A DNA stretch of 64,000 nucleotides from Coniocarpon cinnabarinum (taxonomy: Eukaryota). The position numbers and the translations under genes were made by a program. The DNA is taken from contig JAVECO010000111.1 in assembly GCA_051942205.1 (NCBI GenBank), forward strand, positions 1-64,000, read 5' to 3'. The notes beneath the pieces were generated by a model. It had not been told where the DNA came from. It saw only the letters and a program-made list of their open reading frames with translations, and ran no database searches. Each line of letters starts with the position of its first letter. Position 1 is the first letter of the stretch. Of this stretch, positions 1 to 12,639 are shown piece by piece.

Positions 1-657
1 GGGGAGGAGGAGGGAAAAAGCGTCACGCCAGAGGCATCGCGCTTGGAAGTTATTAGTGCGGTGCTGCGTGAGGCGGAAATCTGTTTTTTTTGTAACATGT
101 TTTGGCTTATAATTTCTTAGTCTCTTTTAGATACATATTACTAGTACGCTTTTGAATACTGGGTATGTGCTCTTATGCACCCTAGGCTACTAGGATTTGA
201 CCTTACTAGAACTATGTACTTTTGAGTCTGTAGACTACACGAGTGCAGAAAAGACGTAGAAGCGTGTGACATACGAAGTATAGAGTGCTTGCAGCAACGA
301 CCCTGCCTGAATCAACGGAGATAGAAGGTGATTGGCGCGGTTGTGGCCCCCGTTAGCCCCAGGGAGCTCGGACGTCATGCTGTCACGGCTAAGGTATGAT
401 TAAATCGGATGCCCGTCACACGCATCTTCCTCTGATAGCCATTATTCTGCATTCCCATCGTTACACGACATTGTTTAGCTCTATTTTCGACTTGTACTAC
501 ATCAACGTTTCCTATCGTTTGAGATCGAGGCCAAACTGCAGTCACCATAGCGGCAGCTGCAGCAGTTGTCTTCCACTACCACTTCGATTCTGCTTCAACA
601 TGTCGTTCAGCAGGTGACCAAGCTTTCGCTTATCCTCACAGCTCGCAGACTCGAGCA

Positions 658-2436
658 ATGTCGTCTTCAGCCCGCCCAAACCTCAACCGCGTCGATTCTC
701 CAACACCTCATTATCAGACCTTCCCAACCTCACCACCTCGAAATAAGGGCAGACCTCCTCAACATGACGCCACGTCCTCGCCCGCACCCAGACACCGCCA
801 ATCTTCCTCCTCACGGCCTCGATCGTCGTCCTCGAGCCACAAGCATCACGAGACGCCGTTGCCGACGCAGCAGCTGGCCGTGCTGGCCGTCGTCGCGTTG
901 GTGGAGCAGACCGCCTTGAATAGCATAGCACCATACCTGGCCGCAATGGTCGCTTCATTCCCAGACGTTGACCCTGACCAGGTTGGCGTATACTTCGGTC
1001 TAGTCGCCTCCTCGTTCGCTCTGGCGCAATTTGCGACAAATTTCTTCTGGGGATGGCTCTCGGACAAGGTTGGAAGGAAACCCGTCATACTTATCGGCAC
1101 AACCCTCACAGCTGCTTGTATGATTGCGTTCGGATGCTCGCGGAGAATGTGGCAGGCCATGCTTGCGCAGGCTCTTATGGGCCTCTTCAACGGCAATCAG
1201 GGTGTAGTGTCAACGTGTCTGGGCGAGATCACAGATCGGAGCAATCAAAGTCGAGCGTTTACATATCTACCCGTGGTTTACGGCATTGGCGGTATCACAG
1301 GACCCATCCTCGGTGGCCTGCTGATTTCCAGAGATGTCACACCAGAGATCGCCCAGACGTCATACCCTTTCCTCATGCCCAATCTCGTGGCGGCTGGTTT
1401 GTTGGTGATTGAGCTCATCATCACGATGCTCTTCCTCCGCGAATCTCTGGAAGAGCTCAAGGACCGTGCACCACTTGGCAAGCGTGTAGGTAACTTGTTT
1501 GTCTGGCTGTGGGAAATGACAGGCATGTCACGAAGACCGCGTACGAAATTTCGACACCGGCGTGCGCATAGCCACTCCTCCAAAGCCTCCCGCAGCGCGG
1601 TCACTACGCCCATGTCAGAAAATCCTGATTCTGATGTGGAGAGACCTGAGTTTTTCGCAGCCGGCGACGAAACCGGAAATCTGCAGCTAAGCGACGTGCT
1701 AAACCGCGATGTCTTGCTGATTCTAATATGCTTCACCATCTTCCAACTTGCCAATATCGCCTACTCTGCTCTATACCCCATTTTTGCACAGGCGCGTCAA
1801 CCAATTGGCCGACAGTTGTCACCCGAGGAGATTGGTCTCTCACTTTCATTTGCAGCCATCATCACAATAGTCTTCCAAGTGGGCATTTTTGGCAAGCTAC
1901 GGGATCGACTGGGCAACAAAATATCATTCCGCGTGGGTTTAGGCGGCTTCATTGTCGCTTACATGCTGACACCCTGGGTTGGCTACAAAGACGGCAGCGG
2001 AGGCGTAGGCAATGGTGCACATGGCAAGCTTGCGCTCTGGGCAGAGCTCGGTGTCGTTCTCATCGTCAAGACGGTGGCCACCGTTGGGGGTTTGACGAGT
2101 GCGCTGCTGCTAATCACAAACTCGGCAAGAGATCACACCGTTCTTGGCACGCTCAATGGGCTTGCGCAGACATTATCAGCAGCAGGACGAGCAGTCGGCC
2201 CGTTCTTAGCAGGAGGCCTGTTTTCACTCGTGGTGAAAGTACCAAAAGGTGAAGCGGTGGCTTTTGGGGTGTTTGCTGCTGTCACGTTCGTTGGATTTCT
2301 CTTAAGTCTGGGTATCAAAGGCGACAAATTAGAGGAAGAAGGCTGGGACGAAGAAGAGGGCCTCACTTCAGACGAGGAGGGCGAGGTCGAAGAAACGAGC
2401 GAGAGCACGCCTCTGGTCGAGCGACGCGGACACTAG
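658..2436 (+). CDS. MFS transporter (drug:H+ antiporter-like), single exon
   Basis: 592-aa ORF with ~12 hydrophobic segments and MFS motif A (WGWLSDKVGRKPV); GPILGG and TLNGLAQT..AAGRAVGP motifs. Confidence 0.93.
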   Translation: MSSSARPNLNRVDSPTPHYQTFPTSPPRNKGRPPQHDATSSPAPRHRQSSSSRPRSSSSSHKHHETPLPTQQLAVLAVVALVEQTALNSIAPYLAAMVASFPDVDPDQVGVYFGLVASSFALAQFATNFFWGWLSDKVGRKPVILIGTTLTAACMIAFGCSRRMWQAMLAQALMGLFNGNQGVVSTCLGEITDRSNQSRAFTYLPVVYGIGGITGPILGGLLISRDVTPEIAQTSYPFLMPNLVAAGLLVIELIITMLFLRESLEELKDRAPLGKRVGNLFVWLWEMTGMSRRPRTKFRHRRAHSHSSKASRSAVTTPMSENPDSDVERPEFFAAGDETGNLQLSDVLNRDVLLILICFTIFQLANIAYSALYPIFAQARQPIGRQLSPEEIGLSLSFAAIITIVFQVGIFGKLRDRLGNKISFRVGLGGFIVAYMLTPWVGYKDGSGGVGNGAHGKLALWAELGVVLIVKTVATVGGLTSALLLITNSARDHTVLGTLNGLAQTLSAAGRAVGPFLAGGLFSLVVKVPKGEAVAFGVFAAVTFVGFLLSLGIKGDKLEEEGWDEEEGLTSDEEGEVEETSESTPLVERRGH

Positions 2437-2955
2437 TATTGCGGCCGTTGGGGCGTGTTGGAGCGCAGAGGGAAGAGAGTCGCGTGGTTGTGGATGCCTA
2501 TATGATTGGGTTGGTACACTTGTTTGCCTGGCTGAATTACTCAGGTCTGTAAAGAGAGGGAACGGCATGAAAGCGTGGCGTTGGGGGTACAGTCATTATG
2601 GGAATAGATCACAGAGGCACTGTCTGGTTGATACGATGCACAGATGAGTTATATTCTTAGTGATGCATGAATGACAACATTACGTTAGAGCCACAGCCAT
2701 GTCCGCTTCAGTCATTTTACGAGCATCCTGCTTGGTTTGCGGTGAATAAGGACTGTGTACGTGAACTATTCCATGAACGATATCAAAAAAGCGATGGCGC
2801 TTTGACTGATAGAGCCGAAAACTGCCTTCTTGGGTATATACTCTTACATATGGGAGATCTTTTGCACGTGAGCGCACCAGGTAGTCCGAGGCCGTCTCGT
2901 CTTCTGACTTGTGGGCCCATTGGCTCTCTCCTACTGGCGACCCCAAGGCGACTCT

Positions 2956-5216
2956 ATGTCGGACCGCACTCGTCCTAGGATTTCCTCGCCTTTAGCGTCT
3001 TCATCCGCTCCTATCACTCCTTCATTTGGCCGCGACGACCGAGCAGCGCCACCCTCGCCGACCTCACTGTCTCCACGTGCGACTGTCCTTTCGCAACCAA
3101 CCGGCCCTGATCCAGAACAGCATGACTTTGCTCATATGCCCTTGACCGCCGATGCAGAGAAGCAGACAAAGGTCTTTGAACGTCAGCTTCCGCAGTTAGC
3201 CGACATGGGTTCCTCATATAGTTGGTGGCGGTTTAAGCGGTTAGCAACAAGACCGCTGCCTTGGGCGATCGTCATTGTGGTTGGATTGATTACGTGGTGG
3301 AGCGCAGGCGCTTCGACCGAGTTTGATAGCGAGGATGTACAGCTGAGGTTGAGGGAGCTATTCCCACCGGAGTTTACGAGGGAGTTGCAGTTCTTCCCTG
3401 CAAGTAATCGGAAGATTCACGTGAGTCTCAAGGGTCCCGCTCCTAGGGTGAAAGTAGCGCAATTGCGTAGTTAGAATCTGGTCCTGTGTGAACTTGCGAC
3501 TGACAACTCGCGCAGTATGTTGGTAGATGGACTACCGCGCCTAATCGGTTACGAATAGACGGATCTTTTCCTGGTAAAGTGCATGCCGCAACGATGCGCG
3601 TTAAACGACAACAGAGACTGACGTCTTAACTCAGGTGTATATTTCGATCTCAATGTCACAAACACGTCGACTGTAGTTGTATCATTACAAAACCAAAAGA
3701 CGCAAAACAAACCCACCGAGCTCCCTCTCGAAAAGCATGCAGAGCTCGAGGAACGAGACGTACCGCAGCCGGGACAGCAATATTCGCAGTACACATTTTC
3801 CGCAGCATCCAGATTGCGTGTGTCTGCGCCGCCAGTGTCGCTTCTGGCACTTGTGGATAACGAAGAATATGTGGTATTGCCGAACGCGACCTCGCTGGTC
3901 CCTGTACGCATGAAGGACCTGAACAAAAAGGGCTATCACACAATACGAGTCATCGCGCCCATGACCGATGACGCAGGTATGGGCGTAGTACAGCTGGACG
4001 GAATTTGGCTCGACAAGGGTGGGCAGCTCGTGCCAGTGGAGGGATCGACCGCATCAGTCGGACAAAGCATTGAAGACGACTTCGACGCCGAGAGCGACGA
4101 AATAGGGCGATCGCATAGACTGGGACTGGCGAGCTTCATGCGCGGCTCAGAAAAAGGGCAGACTAAAGCTGGCGACGACGAGGACGAGGAAGAAACGCCC
4201 GATTTCAGGCGGCGTAAGAAGCTCATTGAGATAGTGACGGACACGCCGGCGCACCTCGATAATAGGCCAAGACATACATCACGCACACGAGAGGCAGACA
4301 ATCTTCTGTCAGGTGTCGTGGGATGGGAATATCTGATAGGAGAGATGTTCTCCATCGACCACGTGAGCATCGGTGCAGAAGGAATGTGCTTAGTGCATGA
4401 CTGTGTTGGTGGGACTGGGACGCCCAGTGGAATGGGCGATACGTTCTTTAGGAGGTTCGTATCATTCGTCGCTTGCATACATCTGCGCTATACTGGCTAA
4501 CAAATCACTTCAGCGGTCCAGCCGGCTCACCTCACTTCAGCCACCCTTGGCCGTTTCAAAATTATGTGCCCGACGTCATGATTCTCAATCTAGGCGCTTC
4601 CGACCACTACTCGTTCGAGCTCAACGCCGAAGACTATAACAAAACATCAACGGAGCTCTACCGGTCTTTCGAAGACACTTACGTCTCTCTCGTCAAGGCA
4701 ATCCGCACCCTCGCCTACCCAAATCATCCTTCCGTCCTGGAAATGGAACGCCTGGGCATTGATACGCACGAAGACAACGATGCCCCAGCTTCAATTCCAA
4801 TCTTCATCATGCGCCCATTCAACGGCGAACACGAACACGCTACGCAAGGCGCCGTCAACCGTATCCGTGCGGATGGCGACAAGATGGTCTTCTGGCTCGA
4901 CACGACTGGCTGGCTAGATACCGAGTACACCGACACTACTGAAAGCGACTTCTTCACAGACCCCGACGAGCCCATGGGCCATCCTCACTTGACGGAGCGC
5001 GGCAACCAGAAAGTCGCCATCTTCCTGCACATGCACCTGTGCCGCTACCTCGCGCACGCAGACGACAAATGTGCCTTCCTCCCGCCGGAAGTGTACCAGG
5101 GCAATGTCTTTGACCCGACTGTCGCGACGTTTGACCGATACGTGGAGAGCGAAAAGGAGAGACAGATGAAAGAAATCTATTGGGCGGATGACGGGAGCGA
5201 TTTCCCAGATTTATAG
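2956..5216 (+). CDS. Type II membrane SGNH-hydrolase / carbohydrate-esterase-2-like protein, 4 exons
   Basis: ATG 2956. Introns 3421-3515 (GTGAGT..CTGAC..CAG), ~3574-3634 and ~4455-4513 join ORFs 2911, 3814 and 4473. Motifs YVGRW, GVYFD, WPFQNYVPDVMILNLGASD and HLTERGNQKVA; one N-terminal TM helix. Confidence 0.75.
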
Positions 5217-5873
5217 CATTGTTGGCGTATAAAGGGACGAGGGGCACATTGTGGATCTACTGTAATATTATGACGGGAATGACGAATGGTATTGATACGA
5301 CGAAACGTTGGAATTGTGTCTCGCCGACCTCGTCCCTGGCAATAGTGCGTTGATTCCTCGGCTCTGAGCGACACATCCCCGGACATTAAGGTTGCTCGCC
5401 AAGCTTCTACGCATCAGGTCTGGGCCGAGGAGCTTTTGGAAAAGTGCTCAGGCTATTGGTTGGCTTGCTCAGGAAAAAGGGGAAAGAGAGCACGGGTTTG
5501 CTTGACCCTTAGATACCACCATACCAAAATAGATGCCAATGGTTCTAGTTGATGCAGATCTTCAACTTCCATCTTTCAACGGCCATCCTCAACGTTGCTG
5601 ATTTTCTCCGCTGTACCTTTTTATTTCCTTTCGCAACTTGATCATCTGGGGGACAGCACATCCGTTGTCTTGCTGTCGTTCTTGAGACTGTTCAGTCCCC
5701 ATCGTTGCTGGCGCTGGTGTCCCCGAAGCGAAGTGTTCACCACCTCGTACCACCGATTTAATCCCAATGAAGAGCTGTCGCACAGGCTTATAGCCGCACA
5801 GCAGGGCAGCCACGTGCTCCCTGTCTGCGTCTGCAACGATCCTTTCTTGCATCCTCATCTCACCGCAACCACG

Positions 5874-7895
5874 ATGATCTACCTCCCACCGCTGCGGCGG
5901 CTTCTGCTTCCGTCGCTACTGTTCCTCGCTTGCGTTCTCTACTTCCGATCGACCAGCAAACTCCCCACAGCGCGACAACAACTCGCCAATCTTATCACAA
6001 GACAGCCTGAGTTGTCACCGGAAGGCGAGCGAGTACCGGCAGACCAGGCGGGCAATGGACATCAGATCGTGCTCAAAGATGTGACCAAGAACTACAAGTC
6101 GCCCATGCGAAATCTGTATTACCCATACTTCCAGAACATCATCCTTGCAAACAATGGTGGACTGAAAGAGATCAAGCATACGCCGCCCGCAGAGAATCCT
6201 TACATATCGCAATTACTTCAATGTCCAATCAAAGCAAATCCAATAACAGACCACATAAGACTGCCACATCAATTGTATAATATATCATTAATATCTAAGA
6301 ACGAGACTGAAAACGAGCGAGTAGGCGCTCTCAACCCTGCGATCATATCACTTCCACATTGGTCTGAGAATCAGTACTTGCTGGTGCATCGAGTGGCTAC
6401 AGATGGGAGCCATCAGCAGAATCTCCTATGCGAAGCAAACATTTGTTATACCGACGAGAAAGAGGCGCGACCGGGAGAAAAGCCATGTAACGAGACCGAC
6501 GTGGAACTCTTCAAGGGACGACCAGGCTTCCGATGTGCGACACCGCCAATGCAGATCAACGTGCCGTCAACACCGGCCGAGAACTGCGGCAAAGGAACAG
6601 GCGTGCTTATGGACGTGCCTGGCTTCCACGATCCACGAATATTCTGGAGCGGAAAGGGCGAACCCTTGATGATGGCCAATTCGCAGTCTCGATATGCGTG
6701 CTTTGGCTTGTGGATGATTGATATCCGCAAGCTGTACTTCCCGCTGGACACTCTTTTGTCAAACAACCCGTTCAAACCCAGCTTGGGGCCGCTCATGTCG
6801 TATCCTTCTTTCACTGAGATTACGCGCAACCCACGAAACACTCGTAGCCAAATCGAGAAGAATTGGATGATCTTTGGCTCGGACAGAGGCGATCACTACG
6901 TTCACTACGATATTACCCCCACCAAACGCAGCTTCTCAAAGCTTCTCGGCGGTGGTATCACTACCGTGAATCTTACCGATCCCTACGAGATCCCTTGTTT
7001 GGAAGCCGACAACAAGCCGTCTCCCGATGGTACTGACGCAACGTGGCATCAAGGTACCAACTCGCTTATGCTGATTCTGTGTGATCGCTCGGATCCCAAC
7101 TGCAAGCGCGATGCTTCGAACGAGGTCTTCTTCTCCATCATACACCACAAACATAAGAACGCCTTCAGTCTGCCTCTTCGCTATGAACGATACGTCATCA
7201 TGTGGTCAGCCACGCCACCCTTCTCCATGCTCGGCATGTCGCAGCATCCTATTCTGATGGCCAATGAAACCGCGAATGGCTTTGACGCGGAAGACAATTG
7301 GAAAGACGATCCGGAACAAGAGAAACTTCTTGCGGCAGGCAAGCGGGGCAAGGACAACTGGGCTTTTTTCACGTACACAGTCTCGATCGCTTGGGCCTGG
7401 GGCCGCAGTATGGATGAGCCGCAAGACAAGATCGTTGGCTATCTTGACGACGAAGTCATTCTGGGCATCGGTGTCGACGATAAGGATATGGTGTACACGC
7501 GCATCGTCGCAAGAGACTTGTTGGAATGCATGCGTGCGTGTCCCGGTCGAGCGAGTGTGCCGCTGAGTAATGAAGGCGAATATGCATCTGGTACCATGGA
7601 GATCCCAGGATTCAAGATGAGGGAGATTGAAGACGAGAAAAGGCAGAAGAAAGAAAAGCAGGAGAAGGAGGGAGCATCTACTGAAGGCAGCGGAGAGGGT
7701 GCTGAAGCGGTGGCGATTCCGCCAGTGGAAGTTAGTGCCATTGCGCCTGGTGAGCAGGAAGCCATGGCGACAGCCGTAATTGAAGAAGGAAGAGCAGGTG
7801 ATGACAACGCTGGCGCAGAGGGCATGTCAGGTGAGGACGTGGATATAAGTCAGACGGAGGCACTGATCGAAGAGGTCATCGAGGAGGAAAGTTGA
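5874..7895 (+). CDS. Type II membrane protein resembling GT91/BMT beta-mannosyltransferase-like beta-propeller enzymes
   Basis: Likely start MIYLPP at 5874 with signal-anchor LLLPSLLFLACVLYF. Motifs LNPAI, FHDPRIFW, IEKNW and ILGIGVDD; acidic tail. The CDS is clear; the function is inferred. Confidence 0.65.
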   Translation: MIYLPPLRRLLLPSLLFLACVLYFRSTSKLPTARQQLANLITRQPELSPEGERVPADQAGNGHQIVLKDVTKNYKSPMRNLYYPYFQNIILANNGGLKEIKHTPPAENPYISQLLQCPIKANPITDHIRLPHQLYNISLISKNETENERVGALNPAIISLPHWSENQYLLVHRVATDGSHQQNLLCEANICYTDEKEARPGEKPCNETDVELFKGRPGFRCATPPMQINVPSTPAENCGKGTGVLMDVPGFHDPRIFWSGKGEPLMMANSQSRYACFGLWMIDIRKLYFPLDTLLSNNPFKPSLGPLMSYPSFTEITRNPRNTRSQIEKNWMIFGSDRGDHYVHYDITPTKRSFSKLLGGGITTVNLTDPYEIPCLEADNKPSPDGTDATWHQGTNSLMLILCDRSDPNCKRDASNEVFFSIIHHKHKNAFSLPLRYERYVIMWSATPPFSMLGMSQHPILMANETANGFDAEDNWKDDPEQEKLLAAGKRGKDNWAFFTYTVSIAWAWGRSMDEPQDKIVGYLDDEVILGIGVDDKDMVYTRIVARDLLECMRACPGRASVPLSNEGEYASGTMEIPGFKMREIEDEKRQKKEKQEKEGASTEGSGEGAEAVAIPPVEVSAIAPGEQEAMATAVIEEGRAGDDNAGAEGMSGEDVDISQTEALIEEVIEEES

Positions 7896-9050
7896 ACGCT
7901 GCAATGAGGTCATGAAGAGATGCATAGCGAGCTGCACGGCGTCCGGTTTGAGACCCAGCATGTCAGTATAGAGCCCGTATGTATTTGTATGTATAGATTA
8001 AAATGCACAGGTACGAGATTACAACGCGGCTTAGAAGCCTTTGAGCTGGAGTGATAGTGATCACAGGCTCGAAGGAGCATCTTGGATGGGACTCTTCCTC
8101 TGCTTGCTCGAGTACATTTGACTTGATCTCGCTAGCAGCCTCGTCCTTGACTTAATCCCAGGTTAAAGTAATCGCATGTCGTAGATCGCAAGACAGATGC
8201 GCTAACAGCGCAACGGCCCGTTGCGAGCCTGCATTAGCGATTTGTTTTCGGTTTCTAGAGCAATCACGCCTTCTTTTGCTGCAGCAAATGTTTTAAGTTA
8301 TTTACTGGCTTTGCAAAGTCCCCTCTGTACGCACAAAGGCACATGAGACGCGGCGAGCAAGTCAACTCTCTTAGAACGAGTCGCCGGGGGACTAGTACTG
8401 CAGTCGGTGACGACGCGGGAACACTCACTCTGCGTACTTTTTGTTTTTTTTCGAGATGTTCTGCATGTGATTCTTGGCGTTTAGCCTATGTACTACGTAG
8501 GTAGCACCTTCCAATAGGAAATACGCTCATGCGGAATAATCATCTCGTCTTGAAAGAGGCTCTAGTGGATTTAGATACTTTGAGTCCCTCTCTAACTAAG
8601 TACCTAGCTAAGAAAGCGCTATTCCATCTTTGTTCCCTTTACAACACATTTTTGTCGTTACGTTTTCTGGCCTGTTTCTTCTTTGAAACGGGGCTAGCTG
8701 CGAAGATCGTGGTCGTTAGCGGCAGTGGGCGGCTGGATTGATGCTCACGGTCTTGTACTCTTGTTGTGGGCTCATTTATGTTTGTCGTGCCTTGAAGCGG
8801 CACGAGCAGAGGCCGAATCGTTATCCTTGACGTGTGTCACTGGCTCTCTTATCAGCCAGCTGACGCGACTTAGCTGGTGCGACACAGAGCACAAGTCTGT
8901 ATACCAGACACTACCCCGTTCAGGTCTCATTGGACAAACTACTGGATCTGCCTCGACACTTTGACCTTTCATCCAAACACCTTTCATCGCTCCGAGTAGC
9001 ACGGGTTTTGCCAGCGGAGCCTCGAGTACTTCACACGTAAACGGTCGACA

Positions 9051-10015
9051 ATGCCTAAACAGCTCACAGCTGGCGCCATCTTCCGCTCTACCGTTCAAGC
9101 CGTCACGTTATCACTTTTGTCATCAACACTTGCTCAACTCATTGCATTTTATCGCTCTTCGGAACCGTTCAGTGCTGCGAAGGCGATACGATTTGCTATT
9201 TTTGCGGCTTTGAGCACGCCGCCTAATGTGGTTTGGCAGAGTGAGTTAGAAGGTTGGTTCCCAAGTTATGTAAGTCCAGTCCTCACATCCCCATTCGCAG
9301 GCGATGCCGCGGAAGTTGGAGGACAAGACTCAAATGAATGAAATCATACAAATACTACAGCGGCGCTTCAGCTATAGCGGCACATACATCAGAATTTTGA
9401 CTCGTGATTGATGCTAACGTCATCAGACGAACAAGCAACAAGTCACGCGATATAAGCGCAGCACTCATGCAAGCGACTTTTCAGACCTGAAAGAACCCTC
9501 AGGACTTGAGACTGAAGATGGCGAAAATGAACGCCGCGCGGCTAAAGAGGAGCTCAAACGCTGGGAGTCAAATCGCGACAGCTGGACCGATGTCGTTGAA
9601 ACAAAGCGCGGCTTGGACTATCGCAACACAGCTATCAAGTTCCTACTCGATCAGACACTAGGAGCGCTTGTCAACACCATTCTATTTGTGGGCGGAATAG
9701 CGGGACTAAAGGGAGAGGGCGGAGAAGCCGTGTTTGCACATGTGCGAAGTGTGAGTTCTTTTCCGATTAATTCTCAGTACCGCTTTTAGTGTTTGCTGTT
9801 CACGCAACCAGATATTGAGGAGTGTGCGTTTGAGGCTTTGTGAAGGAACTGATTTTTGTCTACAGGATACCATGCCACTGATGATTGCCGGCTACAAATT
9901 CTGGCCTCTCATCTCGATCGGCATGTTCACAGTTGTGCCCGCAGAGCAACGCGTTGTAGTGGGCAGCGCAGTTGGTGTCGTTTGGGGCATTTTCCTCGCC
10001 TTGTTCGTGAAGTGA
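9051..10015 (+). CDS. Mpv17/PMP22 family membrane protein, 3 exons
   Basis: Exon 1 STPPNVVWQSELEGWFP then GTAAGT. Exon 2 NTAIKFLLDQTLGALVNTILF. Exon 3 (after CTGAT..CAG at 9865) AGYKFWPLISIGMFTVVPAEQRVVVGS..WGIFL. Confidence 0.85.
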
Positions 10016-10788
10016 GACCTTCGTGTGAAGAAAGCCTCGATTACCACAGATTGAAGAAAGAAGTGACACAGCATTTCGGTGGGACCAAAGATGCTGGCTC
10101 AGGAATGACGATCACAAGAAAGGTGGGACAGAAGTTTGAAGACACCTATACAAATCTTAAGATGCTCCTCAAAATTCGCAACCTCGCTCGCTCGCCAGAC
10201 CTGTTCGTTGGGCTCAGTCCTGTTTTACTTCCTCACAGTTGTGCTTAGACCACATACTTGGAAGTCTGCTATTTGACAGCATCACGTGATCAGGTACAAA
10301 GCTAACTTGATCTGTTGTCTTACCTGCAGCACTTGGTATTACGTGTCGTAGCTGACTTACGAGGCCGTGTCAGACGAAAATTCGGAAGGCAGGTACGACC
10401 CTGCGATCGATGCAGTATATGTTGACCTCGTACAACCTGCAGTAGCTTCCTCGCCATTGAAGGTCCGCACGAAGCAGTCTATCAAAATACAGGTCAGTGG
10501 GGTAATTAGCCACGCCACGTCCAGACTCGCGTCTGGCATCCCTCAACGCATAATCTTCATTCATTTGCGATTTGCGGGACAGCTACGACAATATCTGCGC
10601 TAGACGAGACCGGCATATGCTTCTCTCGTTAATAACAAGCTGCTGAGAAGCAACTCCGTGTGAGAGCCGAGCATTGTAAATGTTCGGCTCTCAAGATCGT
10701 GCATGGGCAGCAATTACCAAGGATTCAACTACCAGTCTAGTGGCCTGGCGCACCGTGAACGTGCACTGCTGCAGTACTGTATAAAATC

Positions 10789-11787
10789 ATGAGTCAAAGC
10801 GGCTTCTTTATTTTTTGTCCAATATGTCTGCTGATGCATGCTGGCGAGCTTGATTGCTACGGCCACAGAAAGGCAAAGCCTTACGAAATGATCTTCGGCA
10901 TTGAACGCGAGTGCAGTATCTGTACGGAGAGGGTGCCATGGGCGCCCACGCCCGATGAGGAGAGCATACGCAAGCGTCCGTGGACTCTAGATCTGCATCG
11001 ACGCCGTGCATCATGTCTAGAACAAGATCGAGATCGCATGTCAAACTTTCCTTCCCGACTGCAAGCCATCAGCACTCACTACACTTTCGTACATGGAACG
11101 TCACTCAAGTCTGCGAAATATTCTGGATATCTATGTCCACTCGGAGAATGCCGCACGCAGCTTTTTCTGCCCTTGTTGAATTATCATGAATTTGGTGACC
11201 ACGTGGCGCAAGTGCACAAGGGTGAAGGCATCAATGGTTCGGTGCTCAGGCAGGCGTTGCGGAGAAAACAACCGTGGCGAGATGCGCACGCAGAAGAGTC
11301 GGAGCGGCCTAACGAGATCCGTGCTGCAATGCAAGCTGGAAACACTGAACGTTTACAGCCCTGGCCTGTGGGCGACCATCGAAACGACCATCGAGGCGAA
11401 GCGCGAAAAACTCCCGAAAATCGGATAGAGCCGACTGCGGGGCCTGCACAGAGGCACACAGCCACAGAAACTTTTGATCAACAACCACCCAGTCGTGAAC
11501 AGGCAGGCATGACGCCGGATCCTGTCAGCCAGTCGCAACAACCACTGCAGCAGCATGGCCATACATACAAGAGATTCACCATGCATGGATCAGACGCTGT
11601 GGTTGGTGATCAACATAGACATGGAGGCGAGACAGACGCAACGCAGCATGGCAGTGGCGTGCAATCTGTCTTTACGGGCAGGCAAAATCACTTCACGATT
11701 AAGAACTACTTTTACAGCCCCAGACGAGATATGAGCAATTCACCAGATGAGCTGGGCGGTGTACTTCCTGATCGACAAGGGCATTGA
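10789..11787 (+). CDS. Orphan protein with Cys/His (zinc-finger-like) N-half and candidate amyloid motif at C-terminus
   Basis: 332-aa ORF after a TATAAAA box. CPIC, CSIC and CPLGEC..H...H motifs; C-terminal HTYKRFTMHGSDAVVGDQH..GSGVQSVFTGRQNH. Confidence 0.6.
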   Translation: MSQSGFFIFCPICLLMHAGELDCYGHRKAKPYEMIFGIERECSICTERVPWAPTPDEESIRKRPWTLDLHRRRASCLEQDRDRMSNFPSRLQAISTHYTFVHGTSLKSAKYSGYLCPLGECRTQLFLPLLNYHEFGDHVAQVHKGEGINGSVLRQALRRKQPWRDAHAEESERPNEIRAAMQAGNTERLQPWPVGDHRNDHRGEARKTPENRIEPTAGPAQRHTATETFDQQPPSREQAGMTPDPVSQSQQPLQQHGHTYKRFTMHGSDAVVGDQHRHGGETDATQHGSGVQSVFTGRQNHFTIKNYFYSPRRDMSNSPDELGGVLPDRQGH

Positions 11788-12639
11788 AAAGTTGGACTGG
11801 GAGAGTGTCACAGTGTGGTGGACTTGCAGCTCGGCATGGCCTGACGCTCGCGACGTCTGCAAGCGCAGGGCCCGTCAATGGTACCGTGTTTCCTTCCTTC
11901 GAGCTGAGCGACCAACGACGATTGCTCGTCCTAGAATGATCTCCCGCTGCAATCAAGACCCGCAACGCCAGTGCTGAGATGTTGAGGGTGCATGAGCATG
12001 TTGAAGAGCCGCCAATGTTGTTGGATCACTTCATCACTTCACCAATGAGACCAGAGTTTCGAAGCAGCCTCTTTCGAAATGTCTTGACACAGTGATCAGG
12101 ATTGTTCCAGGCCCGGCTATGAGTATGAGCGCGACCAACAAAGGACGCTGCATTGTTTCTTGATCAACGATGTCTGCAGCGCTGGACATTCACGAGCCAT
12201 GCAGTCACGAATCCAAGCAGTCAAGAAGCCATGGATCAAGAAGCCACGCTGGCAATTAATTCAGAGTTTCAGAAGCTCTAGAATGTGAAGCTCGAGAGAA
12301 GAGATCCTTGCAAGGCAACGGACCCCCCCACCCAAATGATTGCGAGGTCACGTCGACTGTCCAGGACTGCAATACGAGTTGCAGATGAGGCTCGTGAGTC
12401 CAACGAATCTCGTTGAGAAATGGTCCTTAGAAGCAAGTCGATTAGTTCAAAGCAAAATCGGACTGCGCAGATGTCAGTGACACCGGACACGGTAGGTGCC
12501 TGGCCAGCCAATTTTGCGTGAGGGATCTCGATGGATGTAAAGGAACGACGAGCTTACCTTGTTCAATAACGCCCTCCACTTGAGCGCAAACAGATGTCCT
12601 TTCTGTGCATTTGAATGCCCAAAGCGGGATGCTAACAAG

